IMG/VR virus record: IMGVR_UViG_3300037400_004297 | Coordinates: 12,591-76,590 of that record | Source of the DNA: a virus | Lineage: Duplodnaviria; Caudoviricetes | Strand: one strand, 5' to 3' | DNA: 64,000 nucleotides | Shown: piece by piece, positions 1 through 7,914 of the stretch | Layout of the letters: the number at the start of each line of letters is the position of its first letter | Numbering within the stretch: position 1 is the stretch's first letter | Notes under the pieces: model-generated | Database searches by the model: none | What the model saw: only the letters and a program-made list of their open reading frames with translations | Told to the model about the DNA's origin: nothing | Translations under genes and position numbers: made by a program

Positions 1-2
1 TT

Positions 3-132
3 AATTGTATCAGATTAGTTTTTTATATTATTAGATTTCTGGAAAAAGAGATATATCAATAATAACGCTGCCAATTGTATCAGATTAGTTTTTTATACCA
101 GAACACACATATGAAATTGTATCAGATTAGTT
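3..132. repeat. Three copies of AATTGTATCAGATTAGTT(TTTTATA) separated by unique 45-nt and 17-nt sequences; CRISPR-like mini-array or degenerate array end
   Basis: Identical 25-mers at 3-27 and 73-97; third copy at 115-132 keeps only the first 18 nt. The intervening sequences are unrelated. Spacing is irregular, no cas gene is in the window, and the tract may continue upstream. The repeat is certain; the CRISPR interpretation is not. Confidence 0.6.
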
Positions 133-146
133 AATTTTTGTTAAAT

Positions 147-180
147 AATCGAGGTAATGTTTGGTTATCTCGATTTTTTT
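147..180 (+). terminator. Intrinsic terminator
   Basis: AATCGAGGTAAT-GTTTG-GTTATCTCGATT stem-loop followed by a T tract. Confidence 0.75.
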
Positions 181-183
181 ATG

Positions 184-191
184 TAATTTTG
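184..191 (+). promoter_or_regulatory. Bacteroidota housekeeping-sigma -7 element (TAATTTTG-CA)
   Basis: Matches TAnnTTTG, directly upstream of the ORF at 210/219. Confidence 0.7.
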
Positions 192-218
192 CACTCGAAA
201 TAATAAAATGTGTACGTT

Positions 219-485
219 ATGACAAGAGAACAAGCTAAACAGATTCTTCTCAAGAGCATTGAGAAGGAGATAAAAAAATATGGTGAGGATACTGTCGCAG
301 TGATGTCACCTATGCCAGGCAAGAACTTCTGGACATATAAAGAGTATAAGGATGCTGTTATTAATGACACTGACCTTGATGGCTGTGAGGATTCTAATCC
401 TATCGATTCTCTTATCAGGTATGATGAATATCGTTTGGAGCGTGGCATGGAGAGTATGGTTGATAAGTTTTTAAAGGAGAAGTAA
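219..485 (+). CDS. Hypothetical protein
   Basis: ORF downstream of the promoter; ATG 219 preferred over GTG 210. Confidence 0.7.
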   Translation: MTREQAKQILLKSIEKEIKKYGEDTVAVMSPMPGKNFWTYKEYKDAVINDTDLDGCEDSNPIDSLIRYDEYRLERGMESMVDKFLKEK

Positions 486-486
486 T

Positions 487-789
487 ATGAGTAATTTGAT
501 GATTCTAATTCTAGTATGGGTAGTAGGCATTATTATTACCTTATTCATTCTCTATAAACAAAATGATAAGATAACACTTAGCGATGCACTATTGGTGCTG
601 TTCTTCTGGTGGTTTTATTTAATATTCTTCATCAGTATGTGGTTGACCGTATGTGTTGAATGGATTTATGATAACACCAGGGACATAGTATTATTTGAGA
701 AGAAGAAAGCCCCAAGGTGTAACAAGAAAACAAAGTTCCAGGAAACTATGGATAAACTGGAGAAACAAGTTGAAAATTTTAAAAAGTAA
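487..789 (+). CDS. Hypothetical membrane protein (2 TM segments)
   Basis: Two hydrophobic stretches, tight operon spacing. Confidence 0.7.
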   Translation: MSNLMILILVWVVGIIITLFILYKQNDKITLSDALLVLFFWWFYLIFFISMWLTVCVEWIYDNTRDIVLFEKKKAPRCNKKTKFQETMDKLEKQVENFKK

Positions 790-808
790 CATTATAACAT
801 TTTAAACA

Positions 809-2845
809 ATGAAAAAGCTTTTATGGATTATGTGTGCAATGCTGGTCGGTATGTCAGCATATGCAAGTGAGACTAACGACACCATTATTAACAAGTCACT
901 TGACGAGTTTACGGTAACGTCGTTCTATCGTAGTTCCACCCCAATTCTGGGTAGCACTTTGAATTCACAGTCATTGATTTCTGCAAACTATGGTCAAGAG
1001 CCTTCTTGGCTGTTAGCAAACATGCCTTCCATCTTTGCATTCAGTGACAATGGTACTGATTTCGGTTATGGCTATTTCCGTATTCGTGGACTTGACCAGA
1101 CTAGAATAAATGTAACTCTTGATGGAATGCCTTGGAATGAGGCTGAGGATTTTGGCTGTTATTTCGCTAATAGCCCTGATATTTTAGCAGACGCTGGCAG
1201 TGTTGAAGTTGGACGTGGTACAAGCACCTATAACCCTGGTACTGCATCGTATGGTGGAAGTGTAAACATTAACTCTGTTGACCTCAAAAAGGACACTGAA
1301 TCATATGCAATGTTTGGTGGTGGTAGTTTTGCATCATTTAAGACATCTGTCAATATTAATACAGGTCTTATGGGTAAGTGGGCTATGCATGTACGTGCAA
1401 CAATGTCAGAAACTGATGGCTATCGTGAGCATAGTTCAAATAAATCTAAGTCACTTGGCTTTAAGCTTGGTTATTTCATTAATGATAAGAGTTCAATTGA
1501 CCTGCTGTCAATCACTGGATATCACAAGAACGGACAGGGATATATTGGTGGCACAATGGAGGAGCTTGCGAAGAATCGTAAGATGAATGGCTGTAGTGAA
1601 TATGAGGACGATAATTTCTTCCAGACGGTAAATAAGCTTACCTATAATAGTTGGTTTGGTGATAAGGTATTGTTTACATCTTCATTGTATTGGAGTATGC
1701 TTCGTGGAGAGTATCGTTTTGATTTAGACAATTATCTGTTGCGAATGGAGGATTTTCCAGCGCAAACTGGCATGGTGTATAACTATGGGCTTATTCACCA
1801 CAGCTATGGTGGTAATGCAGCAGCACGTTATTACATCAACGACGGCTCAATTACATTAGGTACTAACATCTATAAGTTCGAGCGTGAGCATTATCTTGAT
1901 GACCGTAATGTTGATAAGGCTAAGAATATCACACCTGCTGACTACTATGACAATCGTGGACATAAGATGAGCTATGAGGCATTCATTAATGCGAAGAAGT
2001 CATTTGGCAATTTCACACTGTCTGCTAATGTTCAATATCGTGGTGTTAAGTTCTGGTATGTTGACCTTATGAATCCATTAGTTAACTTTGATGAGAATAC
2101 AACTTGGAACTTCATTAATTTTGGTGCTGATGCAAGTTATAAGATTGGAAGTCATAATGAGTTATATCTGAAGTACGCACGTGCTCACCGTGAACCGACA
2201 CGTACAGATATGTTTGGTGGAAATGAATGGTATGTTGGTTCACTTACAACAACAGATGCTGAGGTTTCAAATGATATTGAATTTGGTTGGAATATTGCTG
2301 CAAAGAAGATTAATGCTAATGTAAACCTGTTTGGAATGTTCTTTGAGAACGAGCGTTCACTTACTGGTACACTTGGTTTAAACGGTCTTCCTGAGCATGA
2401 GAAGGCTGATAACAGTCATCGTATGGGTATTGAGTTATTCGTTGATTATGAGCCTTTTAGTAAGTTCCATATCGTTAATAACTCGTCTTTCTCTAATAAT
2501 AAGGTAAAGACTGAGACCTATGGAACTAAAAGTCATGTATTAACTCCTAATTGTACGTTCAACCAGGCGTTTGAGTGGCGTGATAACAAGTGGAGTGCTG
2601 GGGTAGAGTGGAAATATCGTAGTCATATGTACATTGATATGGCAAATGAGTTCCGTGTCCCTGACCTGTGGCAGCTTAATCTCTATGGTAGTGTTACCCT
2701 TGGCAATTTCATCGTCAGTGGGCATGTTAATAACATTACCAATCGTGACAATATGCAGACAGGTGTGCTAACCAATACCAACAAGGCACGTTTCATGCCT
2801 GATGCGCCAACTAACGTGTTTGCTTCGGTGAAGTACATGTTCTAA
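809..2845 (+). CDS. TonB-dependent outer-membrane receptor (resembles Bacteroidota vitamin/thiamine-type TBDRs)
   Basis: Signal peptide, TonB-box-like LDEFTVTS, plug motif FRIRGLDQTRINVTLDGMPWNE, beta-strand-rich body, C-terminal ASVKYMF ending in Phe. Confidence 0.9.
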   Translation: MKKLLWIMCAMLVGMSAYASETNDTIINKSLDEFTVTSFYRSSTPILGSTLNSQSLISANYGQEPSWLLANMPSIFAFSDNGTDFGYGYFRIRGLDQTRINVTLDGMPWNEAEDFGCYFANSPDILADAGSVEVGRGTSTYNPGTASYGGSVNINSVDLKKDTESYAMFGGGSFASFKTSVNINTGLMGKWAMHVRATMSETDGYREHSSNKSKSLGFKLGYFINDKSSIDLLSITGYHKNGQGYIGGTMEELAKNRKMNGCSEYEDDNFFQTVNKLTYNSWFGDKVLFTSSLYWSMLRGEYRFDLDNYLLRMEDFPAQTGMVYNYGLIHHSYGGNAAARYYINDGSITLGTNIYKFEREHYLDDRNVDKAKNITPADYYDNRGHKMSYEAFINAKKSFGNFTLSANVQYRGVKFWYVDLMNPLVNFDENTTWNFINFGADASYKIGSHNELYLKYARAHREPTRTDMFGGNEWYVGSLTTTDAEVSNDIEFGWNIAAKKINANVNLFGMFFENERSLTGTLGLNGLPEHEKADNSHRMGIELFVDYEPFSKFHIVNNSSFSNNKVKTETYGTKSHVLTPNCTFNQAFEWRDNKWSAGVEWKYRSHMYIDMANEFRVPDLWQLNLYGSVTLGNFIVSGHVNNITNRDNMQTGVLTNTNKARFMPDAPTNVFASVKYMF

Positions 2846-2861
2846 TTGGTTAATAATAGTT

Positions 2862-2912
2862 AAAAAATGAGGTAATCGTTTGGTTATCTCATTTTTTTTA
2901 TGTAAATTTGCA
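2862..2912 (+). promoter_or_regulatory. Terminator hairpin fused to TAAATTTG-CA promoter element
   Basis: AAAAAATGAGGTAAT-CGTTTG-GTTATCTCATTTTTT hairpin nearly identical to 147-180, then TAnnTTTG at 2903-2910. Confidence 0.75.
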
Positions 2913-2934
2913 GGTGAAATAAAATTAATTAATT

Positions 2935-3429
2935 ATGTTAGTTTGGGCTTTTAATAAAAATAATAAATCATTTAAATTGTGCGGAACATATGAGACATTG
3001 TTTTGGACAGATAGAATGGGGTGCAAAGAAAGTAGTGTTTATATAAATGAATGCGACTACGAACTACCTAAAGATGTAGTAGATGCTTATTTTTCTGATT
3101 TGCTTTTTAACCCCTTTACTGAATACAAATTTATTGTGAATAAGGAGAAATATGAGAAATATAATAGTTTCGGAGATTTTCCAACCACATACTTGGGTAC
3201 TGTCTGTATTGTAGATGATAACAACAAAGTACTAAATGATAGACTTTATTCCCAATCAAATAATCCAAAAATAAGCATTTTAGAAAAATTTTTCGAATGT
3301 ATTGGATATAAAGTTGAAATTTATAGACTTAATTACAATATGGAAAAAGAAATGAAAGAAAAAGGGTACGAACCTGTGTACTATTATGGAAGTGGTAGAG
3401 GTTGTGCATTATTTGTTAAAAAGGTATGA
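2935..3429 (+). CDS. Hypothetical protein
   Basis: ORF after the promoter, overlaps the next start by 4 nt. Confidence 0.7.
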   Translation: MLVWAFNKNNKSFKLCGTYETLFWTDRMGCKESSVYINECDYELPKDVVDAYFSDLLFNPFTEYKFIVNKEKYEKYNSFGDFPTTYLGTVCIVDDNNKVLNDRLYSQSNNPKISILEKFFECIGYKVEIYRLNYNMEKEMKEKGYEPVYYYGSGRGCALFVKKV

Positions 3430-4514
3430 AAATAGGACTTTGTTTTGGTGGATATTGTCCAATGCATCGTGGGCATTTGGATGGCATTATGAGAGCCAAG
3501 AAGGAGAATGACTTGGTTTTTGTATTTGTGTGTGGCTATGACAATGAGCCTCGTGCTGGAAACATTAACCTCACACTCAAAGAACGTGCTGCAATTGTTC
3601 GTAAAATATTCCGCAATGATGAGATTATCAAGGTTGAGGTGATTAACGATACTGAACTTGGCATTGATGAGAGCATGAGTGAAAACAACTGGGTTGTATG
3701 GCAAACTGCTGTGTCTAAGATATTAGACAAGCACGATGCAATGCATTATGGTGATAAAATTACCTGGTATGTTGCCGAGCCTATGTACAAGGAAATGCTG
3801 GAGAAACATAATATGTTCAAGGCTGATGTAACTCTCATTGATAAGGTAGTGCCAGTGAGTGGAACTGCAATACGTGAAAACCCATTGAAATACTGGAAGT
3901 ACATTGTCAGGGAATATCGTAATAACCTGTGCAAGAACATTCTCATTACTGGAACAGCTTCTGAGGGTAAGACAACGCTAGTACGTGACATATCAACGTA
4001 TTTTGGCATCAACCATTCTGAGGAATATGGTCGTGATGACCTGCTTGCCAAGTGTAAGAGTGATACAGACCTTACTGCTGATGATTTCGTTGACTTCCTG
4101 ATTGGTCAGAGTCTGGATATGCGCAAGCGTATTGCCAATAATGACAATGGCGTGTTTATTTCAGATACTGACAATTTGGTTACGCTAATGTATGCATTGG
4201 CATATACTGAAGACCCAAATGTACCAATCACAAAGGAGGAATATGATAATAAGGTACTTCCAGTAGCAAAGGCTCTTGAGGGTCGTGTAAAGTGGGACAA
4301 GATATATTTGTTACCACCAATGAATAAGTTCGTTGATGACGGTAGCAGGTATATGAAACAGGCTTCCATTGATGAAAGGGTTGCCAATTTCTCAAAACTA
4401 TCAGCGTTATTAAAGGATTTTGGATTGTATGACAAGGTAGAAATACTTTCTGGTGATTTCAAATCCAATTTTGAAAAAGTAAAAGACTATATCAACGGTT
4501 TATATAATGAGTAA
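3426..4514 (+). CDS. nadR: NadR-like bifunctional NMN adenylyltransferase / nicotinamide riboside kinase
   Basis: N-terminal nucleotidyltransferase GGYCPMHRGH (HxGH); C-terminal P-loop ITGTASEGKTT; no HTH domain; adjacent to pnuC. Confidence 0.85.
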   Translation: MKIGLCFGGYCPMHRGHLDGIMRAKKENDLVFVFVCGYDNEPRAGNINLTLKERAAIVRKIFRNDEIIKVEVINDTELGIDESMSENNWVVWQTAVSKILDKHDAMHYGDKITWYVAEPMYKEMLEKHNMFKADVTLIDKVVPVSGTAIRENPLKYWKYIVREYRNNLCKNILITGTASEGKTTLVRDISTYFGINHSEEYGRDDLLAKCKSDTDLTADDFVDFLIGQSLDMRKRIANNDNGVFISDTDNLVTLMYALAYTEDPNVPITKEEYDNKVLPVAKALEGRVKWDKIYLLPPMNKFVDDGSRYMKQASIDERVANFSKLSALLKDFGLYDKVEILSGDFKSNFEKVKDYINGLYNE

Positions 4515-5127
4515 ATATCTCTCGTTTGGAGGCATTTTCCTAGCCTTAGGACTGCTTTTGCAGGTGGTGACGTACATTGTTACCAATGACACGTTTTTGT
4601 CGCTTATAAGCGGAATGTGTGGTGTTATATCAGTCGTATTATGCAGTCAGAGGAGTATGCATTTCTATACTTTTGGATTCATACAGCTCTTTACATATGT
4701 TTATCTATGCTGGGAACAGAAGTTGTACGCTGAGATTGCAGAGAATGTTTTCTATTTTGTAACTATGCTATATGGGATATACGAGTGGAATAACCATTTG
4801 GCAAACGATAAGGTTGAAACCAAGTCATTGGGTATTAACTGGTATACCGTTCTTGGTGTTACCATATGTGCTTGTGGTGGTGTCTGGAGCGTGTTGTTAC
4901 ATACTGATGACACACAACCATTTATGGATGCCATAACGACAGTTCCTGCGTTTACTGCTCAGATATTGATGATTTTAAGATTCAAGGAGAGTTGGTATTA
5001 TTGGTTGTTTATTGACCTTGGTTGTATTGTTATGTGGTGGAATGCAGAGAATTACTGTATGGTAATGCAGTATATATTCTGGTCTATGAATTGTATATAT
5101 GGTTTAACTAAATGGAATAAAATATGA
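4507..5127 (+). CDS. pnuC: PnuC-family nicotinamide riboside (vitamin) transporter
   Basis: About 7 TM helices, QKLYAE and PFMDAITT segments, AQILMILRFKESWYYW motif. Confidence 0.85.
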   Translation: MSKYLSFGGIFLALGLLLQVVTYIVTNDTFLSLISGMCGVISVVLCSQRSMHFYTFGFIQLFTYVYLCWEQKLYAEIAENVFYFVTMLYGIYEWNNHLANDKVETKSLGINWYTVLGVTICACGGVWSVLLHTDDTQPFMDAITTVPAFTAQILMILRFKESWYYWLFIDLGCIVMWWNAENYCMVMQYIFWSMNCIYGLTKWNKI

Positions 5128-6230
5128 AAAAGTTTTTTATTACCCTTTCATTGGGACTGATTTCATTGGCTTGTATAGGTCAAAATGATTTTGAGGTGGC
5201 ACAGTCTTTTATGTCAAAGAAGGGTGTTACCCTGGTTAATAACGGTGCTGTGTCTAGAAGAGCAACAGCAAGTAACAACCTGTACTCCATTTTCAAAGGA
5301 GAAGATGGAAAGGGATTTGCCATTGTGGTGAATGGGGCTGTTATTGGCTATTCAACAGATGATGAAATGGATGCCAATAACCTACCACCACAATTGAAAG
5401 AAATGCTAGACAACTATCCAAAGACATCTACAAGAAGGGCAGGTAATAATGGTTATCCTGATTGGTTCACACCTAGGAATGTTACACCTATTGAACCTAT
5501 GCTTACGACACAATGGGGGCAATATTCACCATACAATGATTTACTTCAACTGAAAGGTATATGTTCTGGTGTTGCAAAGGTACAAATTCTACATTACTAC
5601 AGAGTTCCTCGTACATATCTTGAATTCACATGGGAAAGTAGAAATCAGGTATTTCCAATAACAACATTCAATCATGATTTGATGCTTGACAAGTATGTAG
5701 AAGGTTCGTATACTGAGGAGCAAGGATATGAGGTTGCCAAACTATATTATTACGTAGTAGGGCTTGAATCATTTAACCCAGGTAACAGTATTTTTAGGCT
5801 GAAACAACAGCCACATGAGCCAAACAGGGATTCGGTGGACATCTATCTTGAGAATTCTCACCCTCTTTTTGTAATGGGTGGTGACAGTACTAATCTTTGG
5901 CATGCATATGTTATAGACGGACGTGATTCTGATGGTTTATACCATGCCAATTGGGGCTGGGATGGATGGGCTGACGGATATTATGTATATGCCGAAAATT
6001 ACAAAGACGTAGATAGAGGTGAATCTGAACGTGTCGGGTGGTTTTCCTGGAATTTTTGGTTTGCAACCTATATTCCTGATGACTATACCGCTTCTATCAC
6101 AAGGGTTGAACGTAAGATAGAGACTAATGGTGCTGTTTACAATCTTCAGGGACAGAAAGTAGGTGATAGCCTAAATGGGTTACCAAAGGGCGTATATATT
6201 AAAGGTGGTAAGAAATACATTGTAAAATGA
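5124..6230 (+). CDS. C10 (streptopain/interpain-like) cysteine protease with signal peptide and T9SS C-terminal sorting domain
   Basis: PMLTTQWGQYSPYN, catalytic Cys in ICSGVAKVQIL, His in WHAYVIDG, YHANWGWDG; tail VYNLQGQKV...LPKGVYIKGGKKYIVK. Confidence 0.85.
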   Translation: MKKFFITLSLGLISLACIGQNDFEVAQSFMSKKGVTLVNNGAVSRRATASNNLYSIFKGEDGKGFAIVVNGAVIGYSTDDEMDANNLPPQLKEMLDNYPKTSTRRAGNNGYPDWFTPRNVTPIEPMLTTQWGQYSPYNDLLQLKGICSGVAKVQILHYYRVPRTYLEFTWESRNQVFPITTFNHDLMLDKYVEGSYTEEQGYEVAKLYYYVVGLESFNPGNSIFRLKQQPHEPNRDSVDIYLENSHPLFVMGGDSTNLWHAYVIDGRDSDGLYHANWGWDGWADGYYVYAENYKDVDRGESERVGWFSWNFWFATYIPDDYTASITRVERKIETNGAVYNLQGQKVGDSLNGLPKGVYIKGGKKYIVK

Positions 6231-7093
6231 TACACTATAACGTAAATACATGTGACCAGATTTGTAACGAATTGCAGATTCATTTCACAAAACTGTGTCC
6301 AAATAGGTGTCCGTTTTGTGTGGATGCTATGAACCCTGGTGTAAAGGCAGAATCGCCAAAGCCAGATGTTATGGCAATATTCCAGACCGTTTCTCAGTGT
6401 AAGGATAAAATTGAATCTGTGTGTATAACAGGTGGAGAACCAATGTTGTTTATGAATGATGTTATTCAGCTTATTAACCTTTTGAAGAGAAATACTGAAT
6501 TGAAGATATATCTTGTAACATCAATGCCAGAGGAATGCCACAAACATAAAGATTTATTCTTCCAAATCATTGATTTGTGTGATGGCGTTTCTATATCTCC
6601 CCAACACTATAATGAAGAAATTGGAGATAAAATGCGTGGTCATAAATCAACATTTGACCGTCAGGCATTATACGCTGAACTTCCTCACAAGGAAAAAGTA
6701 ACACTTAACATTAACATTATGCGACCATTTCTTTGTGAAAAGAGTGAGATATGCAAATGTGTTGAACATTATAATAAACTTGGATTTAAGGATATAAAGG
6801 TTGCTGAGCTTTTCAACAAAGAGGAAATGTACGTCAGTTTTGAGGAAGTCTTTGGAATTAAACTTAAGTCTCCCTTCGCTCATGGGTGTAAGACACCAAA
6901 TTTTGATATTACTCCTTGGATTCCGTCGTTTGATGGAAAGTTTACGCTTAAAAGGACTTGTTTCCTGGTAAATAAGAAGCTTCATGCAAACTTGTCAGAT
7001 ATGTTTAAGTCTGCTACAAGGCATTTTTTGTCAAAGGGGTATTATTTTGGTGTTGTATATGAGGATGGAAGTGTACATCCTTATTTCGTATAA
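6227..7093 (+). CDS. Radical SAM protein
   Basis: CPNRCPFC (CX3CX2C) and ITGGEP motifs; no obvious SPASM domain. Confidence 0.9.
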   Translation: MIHYNVNTCDQICNELQIHFTKLCPNRCPFCVDAMNPGVKAESPKPDVMAIFQTVSQCKDKIESVCITGGEPMLFMNDVIQLINLLKRNTELKIYLVTSMPEECHKHKDLFFQIIDLCDGVSISPQHYNEEIGDKMRGHKSTFDRQALYAELPHKEKVTLNINIMRPFLCEKSEICKCVEHYNKLGFKDIKVAELFNKEEMYVSFEEVFGIKLKSPFAHGCKTPNFDITPWIPSFDGKFTLKRTCFLVNKKLHANLSDMFKSATRHFLSKGYYFGVVYEDGSVHPYFV

Positions 7094-7095
7094 AC

Positions 7096-7103
7096 TATTT
7101 ATA
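7096..7103 (+). promoter_or_regulatory. Putative phage late-promoter motif TATTTATA
   Basis: TATTTAT(A/T) recurs roughly 10-25 nt upstream of starts at 7120, 9994, 35340, 39411, 47523, 49293 and 50278. Confidence 0.5.
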
Positions 7104-7119
7104 ATTAAAATATAAGGTT

Positions 7120-7428
7120 ATGGAAAAGTTATTGTTAATTGGAGAAAATGATTTGAAGAAAATCATAAGTGAAGCTGTTACAAACGCTGTCGATACAGCA
7201 ACCAGGAAAATTGCAGCAAGGTCTGCTGTTGTTAATTACAAAAATAGGTTATTTACAGAGGAGAGTTCACCTTTTGCACCATCTTTTGACCCAGTGCATC
7301 ATTGTACTTGTGGAAACACTGGTGGTTGTGGCGCTGATGAAACAGACGGTGGCTGTGGTGGAGGCAGACGAAGTAGCTGGGGTTCATCAGGAGGCTGCGG
7401 AGGTAGCTGGAATGATGGGGGCTGTTAA
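7120..7428 (+). CDS. Small protein with IRLTESDL-like leader and Gly/Cys-rich tail (6 Cys); RiPP-precursor-like
   Basis: N-terminus KLLLIGENDLKKIISEAV; C-terminus CTCGNTGGCGADETDGGCGGGRRSSWGSSGGCGGSWNDGGC. Confidence 0.75.
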   Translation: MEKLLLIGENDLKKIISEAVTNAVDTATRKIAARSAVVNYKNRLFTEESSPFAPSFDPVHHCTCGNTGGCGADETDGGCGGGRRSSWGSSGGCGGSWNDGGC

Positions 7429-7431
7429 TAT

Positions 7432-7462
7432 AAGGCGAGGGTTGGTAACCCTCGCTTTTTTT
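7432..7462 (+). terminator. Intrinsic terminator
   Basis: GCGAGGGTT-GGT-AACCCTCGC perfect stem plus T tract. Confidence 0.85.
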
Positions 7463-7524
7463 TATTTATTTTATTATCAAAAAAAGTATATTTTATATAC
7501 TTATTGGTAATAAATTAAAAGATA

Positions 7525-7914
7525 ATGGCTAAGAGACAACTATTTGGCATAAAATACCCATTTGTTCCTGACACAGAGACAGGGTACTATGTTGCTGCCA
7601 ATAAAACTATTGCTGAGAAGGTTAGAAGCCAATTGATGCATATAGTCTTTACCCCAAAGGGACAGAGGATTAGAAACCCAGAATTTGGTACTGATTTGAT
7701 TAAATTCATTTTCAGCCCAAATGATGGTACTACCTGGGAATCAGTGAAGGCTGAGGTGACAGAATCGGTTAAAAGGTGGGCAACTAATATCAATTTAAGA
7801 GACATAAAGGTAGTGCAGAATGAAGAAGATGATGCACAAGTCTTTGTAAGGTTAGACTATAGCGTTACAGAGGGTAATAAAACGACTAATGACAGCGTAG
7901 TGGTAGAATTATAA
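7525..7914 (+). CDS. Baseplate wedge protein, T4 gp25/GPW-like
   Basis: FGIKYPF, TPKGQRIRNPEFGTDL motifs typical of the gp25 family. Confidence 0.85.
   Translation: MAKRQLFGIKYPFVPDTETGYYVAANKTIAEKVRSQLMHIVFTPKGQRIRNPEFGTDLIKFIFSPNDGTTWESVKAEVTESVKRWATNINLRDIKVVQNEEDDAQVFVRLDYSVTEGNKTTNDSVVVEL

Noticed and set aside
3-132. Calling the repeat tract a confirmed CRISPR array
   Set aside because: Only 2.7 repeats, unequal spacers (45 and 17 nt), no clear palindrome and no cas gene in the window; reported as a repeat instead
760-808. TPP riboswitch upstream of the thiamine-type TonB receptor
   Set aside because: The intergenic gap is only 19 nt and no riboswitch-like consensus or structure is visible
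809-5127. Assignment to the described NARP1 or NARP2 pathways
   Set aside because: No PRPP-synthetase-like or nicotinamide phosphoribosyltransferase-like gene is present; the cassette is NadR/PnuC-type
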